A stretch of DNA of 64,000 nucleotides from the human T2T-CHM13v2.0 reference genome, Homo sapiens (GCF_009914755.1 NC_060928.1), one strand, 5' to 3'; shown: positions 14,675-31,915, numbered from the stretch's first letter. Notes: generated by a model from the sequence alone, not told the origin. Made by a program: numbers and translations.

Positions 14675-16214
14675 CCCTACCAAATTCTCTAGGTCATGTC
14701 TCCAGAGAGGCTTCCACTGACCTCATCCCCACACAAACCTCCCCCATCTCCCAACCTCAGAGCACCTCGTACTTGATTAAGGTCCCTCCCTCTTCACATG
14801 GGATTGTTCACCAGCTGTCTCCCTGCCCCGGCACAGTGCCTGGCTCGGAGAGCACACTCGGTCATTCATTTATGAATTGTTTCTCTGGAATGTCTTCAGA
14901 ATGGATTGCCACATCCAAAAAGATCAGGTTACAAAGCTGGTATAGCATATTCCCAGGAAAAAATAAAACTGGGCTATATGTCCAGAGAGTGGTTGGGGAA
15001 AGACTAGAATGTGCTTTTCAAACCTTTGTTGCTCTTTTTCATGAAATGGTCTTAGAAGGACCCACAGGCACACCTAGGTCTCCCATGCCACCTTTGCTGA
15101 AACCACCTGGGCAGCCCTATGTGGCTGGAGAGAGGGTGAGATTCTCATCTCAAAGCCCCAGATTCACTAACTCTAACCCCTAAATGACTGCTTAACCTCG
15201 TGGGGTCTTGGTTTCCTCCTACCATCTTGCATGGTGGTTGAGAGGCTTAAAGAGGAACCTAAAGCACCTGCTCAGGTGAGTACTCAGTAAATGCAACAGC
15301 CAAGAGGCAGACTGGATGGAACAGGACAGGAAGGCTGAGCCCCACACAGGGAGACCCTGCCCCATCCACCACCACCTCCTTCCTCTACCTTCCTGACACC
15401 CCCTACAGGCACCGTCAAGGGACAACCCTACAAAGCCACAAACCCACAGGAAACCAAGCCCATTGCCCTGACACAAACCTACCTCCTCTGCAAAAGGTGA
15501 CCCTGCTCATTGCACCAGGCAGAGAACAAGGGAAGGGAAGTGGCCCAGCAGTGGCCCTGAGTCAGGCTGCATGGGTCTCTTGGGGTATCACTCCTGCCCC
15601 CAGACCAAAAGCAACAGCTAAACCAAGAGCTGCCACTCAAAAGAAGAGACTATTCTATGCCAGGTAGTATGCTGGGTACACCTCATCTCAATCCATCCTC
15701 AAAGCCTCCTTGTAAAACAGGTAGCAATATTATCCCCATATGACAGATAAGGAAACTGAGGCTCAAAGAGGTGAAGTCACTTTCTTAAAATCCATAGCTT
15801 GTAAATGACAGAGTCAGGACTTGAACCCAGGTCTCTCTGAATCTAAGACCAGTTCCCAGCTGCCCAAAGAACTGTGTCTGTTTTGTTTTCTATCCCTAGG
15901 ACCAGCAGCATGCCTGACATCCTCTTAGAAGCCATGCAAGAACATTTGCAGGGATAAACAGCAGGCTCCTTCCTGCACAACAAGCCATGACCCTCTTAGA
16001 ACAAAGCATATTGACAGAAAATTAAGTGCCACTGAATTAGCCCCAACACTTTCATAAACAGCAGTTTTGAAATACCCCAGTTCATGAAATGCTTCCAATA
16101 TCAGAAAACCACCTACTTCAATTCCCCACCAAACATACCCACAAACAGAAATAATTTCTGATAAAATTGCTACTCGTAACATTCAGAACCCACAAAAAAT
16201 TCTCATCAAATAGA
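14341..16214. repeat. Long inverted repeat: 14341-14499 is the reverse complement of 16061-16214
   Basis: Manual alignment gives about 10 substitutions and 2 small indels over ~155 bp. Confidence 0.95.
15630..15860 (-). mobile_element. MIR SINE
   Basis: ACAGATAAGGAAACTGAGGCTCAAAGAGGTGAAGTCACTT...GGACTTGAACCCAGGTCT. Confidence 0.8.
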
Positions 16215-17926
16215 AATGAGAGTTGTTTATCAACATTCAAGAGAACATAATGAAGCTTCCTTTAGAACATTCTGTGCACGTGAAGTCTTCTTTCTTATTG
16301 AGATTTTCACTATAAAATCTTATCAGCTGCTGAACAGGAGAGAAACTTGGAGGTGAGGATAGGCAATGGGGACCGATACCTGTGCTACAAGAAGAATTAA
16401 GCACCATAACAACACAGACACCCCTCTCCCATCAGATAATTTACTACAATTCAACAAACATGCACCAAGTAATAAGTCACCATTTATATAGCTCTCACTG
16501 TGTAGCAGGAACTGTTTCAAACTGTCCAAATTACCTAGTATTCTGCAGCCCTGTGACAAGGGTATTCTTAGTACCCCCATTTTAATGGACCAGCAGGAAG
16601 GGGTGAAGTACTTTGACCAACATGACCCAATTAGCAAGTGGGGGTGGAGGTTGTAGCAAGTGGATGTTGCAGCTAATTCAGTGACATTTAATTTTCTGTC
16701 AACGTGCTTTGTTCTCAGAGGGCCATGGCACATTGAGCAGGGAGGAGTCTAGCTGCTCAAGTCCCAAGCTTAGTATAAAAACTTTTTCTTTTTCAACTGC
16801 TACTTGCTGGCTCTTGGCCAACTCATTGCATCATTTTGGAATCTCCCCTTTATTAACGTGCAAAGACCCCTTAAGAAGTCCCAGAAAAGGCCCCAGCCAT
16901 CAGGTCGTTTCTGTCTCACCTCTGCTGAAATGAGTCAAGAGACTAGCAAGTAACCACACCACCAAGAACAAGAAGGGGTAGTCAGTGACTTCCAAGCAAA
17001 GGGCAACTTCTTTTTGTGGTTTCTACATCCTTTCTATACTCACCACCCCGTGTGGGCTTGATATGACTAGATGCTGAACAGGGCGCTCCTTGACAGACAC
17101 CTACCAAACACCTCCTGTGTGCACAAGGCTTTGTGAGATGTGCTGGTGGACGCAGTTCACATTTCTTAGGCTTCCTCTCAAGAAAGCAGTTCCAGAAAGG
17201 GTGGAGGGGAGGGTCATGCTGAGAGAGGAAGAGACCAGGGGCTCGAAGAGTAACACTAATTACAGGCCTGGAGTACATAAACCAAGATGAGCTTACTGCC
17301 AGGTTACTACCAGGTCACTATCAGGTTACCACCAGCTCAGTACAGAAGGAAGTCCTTCTCAGGTGCAGACATTGGCAGAGTCCCTCAATGTCTCAGTGGC
17401 TCCCCCATCCCTTGAGGAGCTCCTAGCCAAGCAAAGGAGACACTGTAACAAGCCCAGGTGATAACTGGGAGACCAGGGCCTATGGGTGCCAGCGTGGTGA
17501 CGGAAGGGACATCCAAAGTGGGCTGTGGAAGGGGTGAAATCAGGATATGCAGATGGAGGAGCAGGGGTCAAAGAAAAGTCAATTGGCATCAGAGAGGGAG
17601 AGCAGCAGCAACGCAAGCTCCATTCATTCATTCATTCATTCAACAGCATCCTAGTGCCTGTTCCATGCCAGACCCTGTGCTGAGCCTCAAACATGAATCT
17701 CACACAGCCCCTTCCCTCACAGAGCTCTAGCCAGCGGGGAAGAAGACTGTGAATGGCATCAGTCACACACTGTGACCATGGCTGTGACAGACAGATGTAC
17801 AGGGAGGGACCCGCCCTGGCCTTGGGAGGATGGGTGATGCCCAAGGAGATGAGCCTGTGCAGACAGGAGGAGGAGGGGTCTGGGCAAGTTCAGGGAAAGC
17901 AGACAATTCAATAAGGTAAGGGACAG

Positions 17927-18606
<680 letters not shown>

Positions 18607-19059
18607 GTAGGTAACAGCAGGAGCATCAGGAGATAAGGCCACATGTGTGATGACAAGGAGTCTGTGCTTTATCCTGGGCCAGCGGGGAGCCCCTGGAGCA
18701 GTGGAGTGACAGTGTGAGTTTCGGAAACATATCACCGTTTCTAGATACAACTGCTCCTTTCCCCAAACACTTCCTATAACTCCACAGCCATCCCGAGGAA
18801 GAAGGGAGCAGATATGACCTGGAGATGCCTAGGAAGGCACAGGTCCCTCAAGGTCTGCTCACAGAGATTTGGAGGTCAGGCCAGTGCCAGCTCCCAAGGC
18901 AGCCCTTCCTCCCGCTCAGCTCAGCTCAGCTCAGCCAGTGATGGTCCTGGAGGCTCCAGGTTCCCAGGTCCCATCTTAGTAATACAAGGACTCTTGAAGG
19001 TTGAGACAGAACAAAGAGCTAAACATGATACAGGCAGATAACAATACCACAGATATCTA

Positions 19060-19459
<400 letters not shown>

Positions 19460-20670
19460 TAAAATGGAACAGAAACTTCAGTACTCAGGGTGCTGGGACT
19501 TGGTTTTCAAACCACCTTCCATGGAGTCCTGGTGCTCCTTGAAGATGTTTGGGAGGGCCAGGAGTCAAAGGTCTGGAGCAACAGATGCTTGACTTCTTTT
19601 TTCTAGGTGTAATAATTTTAAACTGTGAAAACATCACACCAACTCAAATGGGCTGCAAACCCAATATTAACCCTGGTAGACCCCACTGCAGGGACCTGGG
19701 CTGCCAGGTGAACACTCAGCTTTGTGCAGGGCTTGGGGGACAGCCTCTCCTGTCATCTCCAGTGAAATGCACTCTGAGAATGCAAGACAAGTCACTCCCA
19801 AAAACGGAATCACAAATGCGGTATGCAAATCGTCACAACAGAATATTTTCACAACCACAACAAAGTCCATTAATACTCAAGATGCCACAGCTGTTCAGAT
19901 TGCAACTGTCACCCTATACTTTTCGTTTTGAAAGTTGAATTCATCAGAGCAACCTCACTGTCCTCACTGACTGACCTTATAACTGGTAAATGTTGTCAGT
20001 TTAAAGTCATAAGATAAATGTGAGAATAAACCATCACTTCTCTGTTTTGTATATTGGAGCAGGGTGGTTTAGCTATGTAAAAATTTTATTTTTGAAAAGA
20101 CTTCATTTTGCAGATGGGAAAACAAACCCAAAGAGAGGTGAGTGTATCACACTGTCCTGTGAGTATCATCCCTTCTCAATAGGCAGAAACCAGGTGCCCA
20201 GCACATAGCAGACACTCCACAAATGCCCTAGGGAAGGAAGAACCGCTCCCAGGCACCAAAGCCAGGAAGGGGGCATGCCTCGAACACACGCCTCCCTACT
20301 CCCAGCCCACTGCTGGTTTTCAGACTCTGCCGCCTTCCCTCCTTTCCTAGAAATGACAATACAGCCCACACTCAGCATCACAAGGAGGGAGAGAGGGCAA
20401 GGCAAGTGCAGTATAAGAGCCAGGGTGCCTTCCCTCTTCCTCAAGAAAATACTAGAAGCCAAGCACACCCTCCACCCTGAGCGCCAGTGTGGGATGGGTG
20501 CTATATGGACGGGAAGAGCTGCTGTCTGCACTCTAGGAAACAAGGGTCCCCCGCGCTCACCTGTAGATTCAGCAAGAGAGCAGGGGTGATTGTGCCTATC
20601 GAAGGGAAGCAACCAATTGTCAACTATTTTAGAAACAGCCAAACAGAATGCATAACTACAGGATAAGTGG

Positions 20671-21214
20671 AGTGATGGTTAATATTGAGTGTCAACTTGA
20701 TTGGACAGAAGGATAGAAAGTATTGTTCCTGAGTGTGTCTGTGAGGATCTTACCAAAGGAGATTCACATTTCAGTCAGTGGACTGGGAGAGGCAGACCTG
20801 CCCTCGGTGTGGGTGGGCACCATCTCATCAGCTGCCAGCACAGCTAGAATAAAGAAGGCAGAATTTGGAAAGAGCAGACTTGCTGAGTCTTCCGGCCTCC
20901 ATCTTTCTCCCGTGCTGGATGCTTCCTCCCCTCGAACATCAGACTCCAAGTTCTTCAGCGTTTGGCCTCTTGGACTTCCACCAGTGGTTTGCCAGGGCTC
21001 TCAGGCCTTGGGCCACTGACTGAAGGCTGCACTGTCGGCTTCCTTACTTTTGAGGTTTTGGGACTCGAACTGGCTTCCTTGCTCCTCAGCTTGCAGATGG
21101 CCTAATGTGGGGCTTCACCTTGTGATCTTGTGAGTCAATTATCCCAATAAACTTCCTTTCATATATACATCTATCCTATCAGTTCTGTCCCTCTCGAGAA
21201 CCCTGACTAATACA
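20671..21214 (+). mobile_element. MLT2A (HERV-L) solo LTR
   Basis: GTGATGGTTAATATTGAGTGTCAACTTGATTGG...AATAAAC...CCCTGACTAATACA; TSD AGTGG. Confidence 0.9.
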
Positions 21215-21302
21215 AGTGGGAACCAGCCCTGTCTGCCCTAGTTCTTAAACTGGAGAGTGTATTGGAATTGCTCCGAGGGCTCATTAAAAGCCAGACCCCA
21301 GG

Positions 21303-21700
<398 letters not shown>

Positions 21701-22424
21701 TCATTTTGAGAACCACTTCTCAGATCTGTTCACTACAAACCCTCCTGATTAAGGCTCATTAAGGCAGGTGTTCTAGACAATACCTTTAACAGCCCACAGC
21801 CAAGTTTTCTATCTAAACTATTAAAACTACATTGAGAAAATATTTATAGACTACAATTAAATATGACACTAGTTCAGACTGGACTTTTTTTTAATTACCT
21901 CAGTGTGGAGGTCATTTCCAATTGTGCTGGACAATAAGAGGGAGAAGAGGGGCACTCCATTCAGTAATGGAGATGAAAGTGGACACAGCCAGCCACTCAA
22001 CACAGTGTCTGGCTAGGGGCTACAGGAAGGAGAACGAACAAGTTGTGGTGAGAATTACACAACTCCTAAGCAGGGAAAGCTCCCAGCTGAAGTGAGGGGA
22101 ATGCAGGAACAGCCGACGAGGCTTCCCTGGAGCTTGCCAGGGGCAGGTCAGGCGGATGGGCAGGATGCAGACTGAGGAGGCACAGCAGGGTGGGGAAGTC
22201 CAAGGAATGGGCATTCCAGGAAAGTGGGATGGTGAGCAAAAGCATGGAAGTTGGAAAAGGAGGTGGTTAGAGTCAGGGAAGTAGTCAAGTAGTCAGTTTG
22301 CAAAGGCAAGTGAAGGGGCAAGCAGGAGTGATGGAGGATGAGACAGGAAGGGAAAAGTGGGGGCCTCTGGTGTCTGGCTGGCAAGAACTGAACATCAGCT
22401 ACAGGCCAGGCATGGCTTGATGCT

Positions 22425-23890
<1,466 letters not shown>

Positions 23891-26800
23891 TCAGACACCG
23901 TGTTTGCCATGTAAGTCAGGAGCAAGGACTTCAAAGAGGTATTTCTTTTAAATGTAGATAGCAGAATTACCTTTCTGACAATGTTAAGTTTCTTAAATGG
24001 CTAATTTTCAAATCTGTCATTTTTTTTTCTTTTTGGTTCCAGTAAATGGGAGCCAATCAATTATTTATCCAAGAGTCTCTGAACACCATCTACAAAAATG
24101 TCCACTACCAGCTTCCTGGGTTGGAAGATTGGAAGTCTACAGCTTGACCTTCTTACAAGGAGGCAGAATGGGGCCACTGTATTTTCGAGATCCCCTTTGT
24201 GACATGTGGTGACTGGAAGTGTGGAGACAGCTCATTGCTTCAGACTAAGGTGGGGAGGGATGGTCAGGATTCAGAACAGAATCCGCAATGATGGCGTTTT
24301 CAAGTGCTGTGGCACTGTTCTCACAGACACCTGCACAGGAGGTTCTGATAAGGAGAGGTCCTTTCTCCACTTCCAACAATAAACAGATAAGACACCACCC
24401 CAAAATGTTCAGCCCACATCCCTACCTAAGAGTGACTTAATACACCCCAAACCTCCTTGCCACTTGACCTCTTAGCATACCCCCAAAGCCCTCTGCTCAC
24501 TCACAATGATGAAGGGAAGCTACAACCCAGGAGCAAATGAATCGTGAAATTCCAAATTAGCAACTTATTAATCTGGGGCACCTGAGGTTTGGGGCACCTG
24601 CATCCCTCCCCCATCTTCTGGCTAGAGCACCCCAATTTTTAATATCCTATCCAGCAATAAGACTTGTTTGTGTCTTCAGTCTGAAGTGTCTTGCATTTGT
24701 CCCTATAGAAAAATCCGGGGCTCTGCAATACACAGGCTCTCACAGACTTGGTTCATCCTGGGTGCCTATGGTACTTCCTGGGAGAGATAGATCATGTCAG
24801 GAAAGCACCCATCTGCCCAGTGGTTTAAATAGATTAGGCACAATGTGGGGGCATCCAGGCCCTTTTTCAAAATAAGATATCTGGTTTGCAAAAAGAACCT
24901 CGTCAAGCCCTGAGCCTGGAAGGCTCCAAGACTTGCTGAGGAAATCCAATTACTGCCGGGCATAATGAGCTCACTCACCCAGCGCCCTGGTCCAACAAAG
25001 CAGTCCTGCCAACATCCAGAAAGAAGGTTTGTCTTCCACAGTGCATTCGGAGGGTATGGCTTGGGAGAAAGAGAAAAACCAGGCTAATGGAATAAGAAAT
25101 GTGACCTTCCGGGACCACAGGAATGCAGTTTGTTTCTGAAGAACAGCATTCTAACATTTTTCTGCTGCCTTAAACTAAAAGCAGGCTGCACCGTAAGGTA
25201 GCGAAATGCCAGTCTGAAGAGGGAAAGGGAAACTTTGAGTTTTACAGAACCTTCGCAAATTTCATCTCTGGACTGATACAACAATCAGGGGTATTCCCAC
25301 CCCAAGCATTATAGTATCTGAGGCTCAGACAATTGACTGTCACTAGAGGTGGCTTCTGCAGAGAACAGAGTGAATTTTTTTTAAGCGCAGAGTGGACCTG
25401 ATGCAAGCAATGGCGAGAACATACTGTGATCCTGCTAAGGTCCCTCCCAACACTGACATTATGGGAATCTGAGACCAAAAGCCAAAAATCTATTAACCAC
25501 CTACTGTGCACATTGCCCTGGCCAGGCTGTGGGAGTCCCAGTGTGAATCAGAAAGCATTCCTACCCTCATAGAGCCCTCTGTCTAATGGAGGAGTCAGAC
25601 AAGTCACTGGCAGCTGCAATACACAGTGGCTAGGGCAGAGGGTGGCGTAGGGCAGTGAGGGCCCTGGGGTTATGCCTGGCCCTACCTGGCCCAGCCTGGG
25701 GATGGAGTTTTCTGAAGGAAGGCGCATGATGGATCTTAAGCACAAGTGGATGGGGTGGGGGAGGCGAACAGGCAGATCTATCAAAGGGAACAGCATGTGC
25801 AAAGGCCTGGCTCAGTCGAGAGCAGCCGGGGGACTGTGTAGCTAGACACAGGCTCTGCTGCAGGCGTGGCAGGAGACGGAGGCAGCGTGGGCCATGCCAC
25901 ACTGGCAAAATCAGAGGAGAGAAGAAAGCCCCATTAGTCCATTCCCCTGCCCCTGGGCCTGTCTGAATCTAGCCCCAGTGACTTCATTCACTCAATCCTC
26001 CTTTGTAGAGGAAGTCAGCGGGTGTCTCCCCACTCCTGGGGCCCAAGAAGGATGGAGAAGTGGCACCCGAGGAGCAGTTCTCAGGAGAGGGCTATGGTTC
26101 ATGGGGGAAATGATGGGAGCTGAATTGGGAGCAGGCCATGGGGGGGCTGCAATGCCAGGCTAAATTTACAACATGACGTTACAGGCTGCATATAGATCAT
26201 AAGATGGTTACTATAGTGAAGCAGATTAACATATCTCTATCTAACATAGTTACACATGTTTTGTTGCAAGAGCAGCTAAAATCTACTTATTCAACAAAAA
26301 CCCCCAATAAATGCAATTGTATTAACAAAGTCCCCATATTGCACTTTTCCTCTCTAGACTTGCTCATCCTACACTCTTTCCATAAGTGAACAGCACCCTT
26401 AGGAGCAGCCAGAGGTAGGCTGAACCCGCCACTGCCATTTCCACCTGTGCAAGCTCAGATAAGTCACTCACTCCCCAGCAATGAGGTGGTGGAGGTCCAA
26501 GGAGAGGCCTGGGGAGGAAGGTCTGCTGAGCACACCCCGCCTCCCACCCCCAACCCCAGCAGGCGGCACGATGCCAGGCACCTGAGGGCAGGTGTGCACA
26601 AGGAAAATAAGGATGACAGTGTTAGCTGACGCCTGCAAATCTCAGGACAAAGTTGCCCCCCGGCATCTCTCCATGTGGAACAAGCACACACACCCAGTGA
26701 CAGGGATGGGGTGATACCCCAGGACGCCAGAGCTCCCAGGGTGATGTGACATGTCTCCCTTGTGGCTCCTGGCTGGGTTGGGAACTCGGCCCATAGTCCC

Positions 26801-27629
26801 CTCCTGGGTCTGACAGAAAGCAGTGGAGATGGGGTCCAGAGCAGAGAGGTTGCATCAAACAAGAGCACAGGCGGCCTGCACCACATCCTGAGAGTCAACT
26901 GCCCTCGGCAATCAGAGCTGGTGTGGGGCAGTTCCAGGATGGGGACAAACAGCAGCTTTGCCCATACTGGGGGATGCAGGGAGTGCAGAAAATGAACGTG
27001 AGGTTGGAAACTCTTCAATCCTGGTGCAATTAATATTGCAAAAGACTTACACAGGCTAGAGCCACTGAGTGGCCAAGAGGCAATAGAGTGGCCCGACACT
27101 CTTGGGCCACGCCAAAGTCATGGGCGTGGATGCCAGTGAGTGAGACCCCAGTGTGTGTCAGGCTCCAGACTCCAGACAGCTCTACCCCTGCGCTCCTCAC
27201 CAGGCCTTCCCGAGGGCTCACAGCCAGAGACACAGCTCCCACCGCCAGTGTGACTGTCCCCTGCATGTCCCTCCTGAGGCCCTCAGAGAACTCATCACGG
27301 GCCTTAGTGGCTGGGTCAGCCTCTGTATTTCACCTGTGGAGGCTATGGGTCTCCCCTCCCCCAGAACGTAAGCTGCTGTGGGCAAAGACCTTGCCACCCC
27401 TTGTCCTCATGGGGACCCAGATCCTCGCAGCGCACAAGGTGGCCCTCAAAGGTGCACTGTCATTGTTTGTCATCAGGCTGAGCTTCTTGTTTACAGAGGA
27501 GGAAACTGAAGCACAAAAACCATTTCATTAACTTGCCTGAGGTCACAGACCTCATAGAAGGCAGAGCTGGAGGGTAAGCCCCATAGACCTGAGCCTGGAC
27601 CCTGCTGCCCTCTGGAGCTTACAGCTACA

Positions 27630-28327
<698 letters not shown>

Positions 28328-28846
28328 TGAGTCACCTGGCATTAGGAAACTCATTCACAATCACAATGACCATGACTTCCACAAGTAACACCAGCAGCAG
28401 CACCGGCTGACAAACACCCACTGCACGCAGACGCCACTGAGCCTGTTTTGGTTTTGGTCTACATCCAAAACCAACCCCAAGAGATAGGGACATTCTCTTT
28501 ATTTCACAAAAGAAGGAAGTGAAGCTCAGAAAGATGAAGGAACGAGCACTCGATCACAGAGCTAGCAGGGTGGAGTTCGGAAATTAAGTCAATAGCAGTG
28601 ATTACTTATTGCACACCTGCTCTGTGCCAATGCCCAAGGCTGACAGAGGAGGAGAAACCCCACAGGCAGGGTTCCTGCCCTCATAGTGCTTGATTCTAGC
28701 TTCTGGGGAGGAGAAATGAGAATAAAATCATTTCAGATCATGATGATTCTCAAAAGCAAACAGGGTACTGATGGGAACCAGGGGCACAGCCGCTATCTGG
28801 GACAGTCAAAGACCTCCCCAAGGAGGAGAAATTTAGGCTGAGACAT

Positions 28847-29401
28847 TGTGATGGTTAATATTGAGTGTCAACTTGATTGGTGAAGGATGCAAAGTATTGT
28901 TCCTGGGTGTGTCTGTGAGGGTGTTCCCAAAAGAGATTAACAATTGAGTCAGTGGACTGGGAGAGGCAGACCCACCCTCAGTGTGGGTGGGCACCATCTA
29001 ATCGGCTGCCAGCGTGGCTAGAATAAAGCAGGCAGGAGAAGATGGAAGAGCAAACTTGCTGAGTCTTCTGGCCCCATCTTTCTCCCATGCTGGATGCTTC
29101 CTGCCCTCGGACATCAGACTGCAAGTTCTTCAGCTTTTGGACTCTTGGACCTACACCAGTGGTTTGCCAGGGGCTCTAAGGCCTTTGGCCACAGGCTGAA
29201 GGCTGTGCTGTTGGATTCTGTACTTTTGAGGTTTTGGGATTCAGACTGATCCGCCACTGGCTTCTTTGCTCCTCAACTTGCAGACAGCCCATCGTGAGAC
29301 TTTACCTTGTGATCGGTGAGTCAATTCTCCTTAATAAACTCCTTTTCATATACACATATATCCGATTAGTTCTGTCTCTCTAGAGAACCCTGACTAATAC
29401 A
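28847..29401 (+). mobile_element. MLT2A (HERV-L) solo LTR, second copy
   Basis: TGTGATGGTTAATATTGAGTGTCAACTTG...CTTAATAAACTCC...CCCTGACTAATACA; TSD GACAT/GACGT. Confidence 0.92.
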
Positions 29402-29849
29402 GACGTGAGGGATGAAAAGAAGCCAGTCTGGGCCAGGGTAGGGATGAACATTCCAGGCAGCAAGCAGCTCACACAAGCGCTCTGAGCAGCAAGAATCCAG
29501 CATGTTTCTGCAACCGAAAGAAAGGCAGCCAGGGCTCCCTGCGCTGTGCCAGCTGCCTCTCTGGGGCACTCGGCTGGCTCCCGCATCGTCCCTCCTGCCT
29601 CGGGGTGCTCCCATGCTCTTGCTTGGAAAATGAGGAGCCGACAACCATTCTGCAGGTTTCAAGGACAAGTCAAGGCTGGGAGCCCCCAGCACGATGCTGA
29701 TCATGGGAGGCTGAACTGATGCATTAGTGAGCAGGGGAGGAGAGGGTGGAAGAGCCTGCAGAATAGGACCTGAGCAGCCAAAGCCCTGGGAAGAAAATGT
29801 TAACACCCTGAGCACTGCTTCCAACACCAGCCGCAAAGGTGAGAACGAC

Positions 29850-30275
29850 CCCAATGTCCATCCACAGATGAATAGACCATTGTGTTGTATACGCACCATG
29901 GAATACTACTCCGCCATGAAGAAGAAGGAAGCAATGACACTTGATGACACTTGCTATAACATGGGTGAACCCTGAAAATATCAGGCTAAGTGGAAGAAGC
30001 CAGCCACATACGATCTGGTTCTACATCTGTGAAATATCCAGAACAGGCAAATCCAAGGAGACAGAGGGCAGATGGATGGATGCCGGGGCTGGGAGAGGGG
30101 AAGTGAGGAATGACTGCCCATGGGCACAGGGTTTGTTCCGGAGGGAGGAAAATGTTTTGCAGCTAGATTGAGGTGACAGTTGCACAACATTGTGAATGCA
30201 GTAAATGCCACCGAATTGTACCATTGAAAACGGTTTACAGTAAATGAATTTCACCTCAATTTTTTTAAGAAAAAG
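29850..30275 (+). mobile_element. L1MB 3' UTR fragment
   Basis: CAATGTCCATCCACAGATGAAT, CATGGAATACTACTC, GTTGCACAACATTGTGAATG. Confidence 0.85.
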
Positions 30276-31721
30276 AAGGGGAAAAAGAATTGCTTCAATG
30301 GAAGACACAGGTTGTGATCTCATTCAATACAGTCCCATGTCAGAACAAGCAGAGAGGGGTGACCAGCCACCAGATGCAACAGGATAGGGTGAGAGAAGAC
30401 AGGAGACAGAAGCTCCAAGGGTAAAAGATAGTGGAAAGCTACTTACCAGCTCACTCCTTGCCTCCACTGTCAACTCCTCAGAGTCCTCATGGAAGGAAAC
30501 CCTGTAGTGATGTGTCCCACCCCCTCCAGTGCTGTGGAGGGACCCGGGTCAGTCCAGGCTCCTGACTCAAAATGCAGCCAAGGGAGAAGCTCAGAGGCCA
30601 GCACACCGAGCCAGCGCCTCCCTCTGACCTGGCAGGCATAGGGGTATTTCTGCCACAATGAGCACCCGCTGGCAGTCCCTGGCTGGTGCACACAGAACCC
30701 CTTTCATTCCTTAAAGTGGCCCTTCAGCCAGTCTAAGCCACGGTGGGAGACAGGAGAGCAGGCAGCCTGTACCCAGGTCCTCCCAGGCCAGTTGGGAGTT
30801 TTAGGATGTGCAGTGGGTCCTGAGGATGCTTGCAAGCCCTGGAAAGGATAAAGGGGCCACCTCAGACCACACAGAGGGGAACAGGCTGACCTAACACAAG
30901 TGGGCGGTGGTGCCCAACAAAGGGACCCGCCACTGCAGCTGCTGTCCACGGCGTGATCCTAGACTAGGCCTTTCACCTCCGTTCTTTAGTCTCATCCTCA
31001 CAACCGAGGGATGTGCAGGGACCAGACTGGGGTGATCCCCATTTCCCAAATGAGGAACCTGAGTTGCAGAGGGTTCAGGGGGCTGCAGACAATGGGACAA
31101 GAATAGCCGGTAAATGGCAGAGCCGGTGCTCAAACATAAGTCTGATGTCAAAGCCTTCTCTGCTAAATTGTGATGCCACTAACATTTGTTTTATTCCACA
31201 AAACTCCCACAAGACAGCACATGGCATCAGTGAAGAATGTGGGCTGCAGGTGAGGATGATAGAGAGTTCTAGAGGTGGATGGTAGCGCTCGTTGCTCAAC
31301 AGTGTGGATGTACTTCATGCCACTGAATTGCACACTTAGAAATGGTTAATATATTAACCATGATTAAATATTTTAATATATTTAGTACATTAACCATGAT
31401 GAAAAAATATTTTAAAAAATGATCAGGTGCTAGGCCATCAAGGAATTGTCAACAAATTTTTGAAAATAGATATCACACACATTCTCTTAACATGGTAAAA
31501 TTAAATTAGAAGCTAATAAAAATATAAATCTCCCTGCTCCTGTCCCCTCCCCCACAAAAGAACATGGGCTTCTTGGCTTCAAATCCCTGCTCTGGAACAT
31601 ACTCGCTTTATAATCCCTGGCGAGCTTCAGAGCCCCTCTATGCGCATCTATAAAATAGAAATGCAGGTGTGCGCCTCCCTCTGGGACTGAATGGGTTCAG
31701 TCAGACCAGGAACAGCACAGA

Positions 31722-31915
31722 CCAGCGGGAGGCAAACTCCTCCTGGAAAAGGCCAGGGAGTAAATGTCTTTGGCTTCCCAGATGTCTCCCCCAGCTGCTC
31801 AGTTCTGCCAGTCTGGCACAAATGCAGCCACAGACCATACATACACAAATGGGCGTGGCTGTGTTCTAATAAAACTTTATTTACAAAAGCCCCTGGCATA
31901 GATCCTGGCACTTGC
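31722..31915. mobile_element. MER58A-like hAT-Charlie MITE
   Basis: GGCAAACT...AAAGGCCAG...AGTAAAT...GGGCGTGGCTGTGTTCTAATAAAACTTTATTTACAAAA. Confidence 0.8.

Noticed and set aside
19823-19830. Octamer ATGCAAAT
   Set aside because: A single 8-mer with no correctly spaced SOX half-site; about chance expectation in 64 kb.
24574-24600. TGGGGCACCTG direct repeat (paired E-boxes)
   Set aside because: An 11-bp micro-duplication; too short to support a regulatory claim without data.
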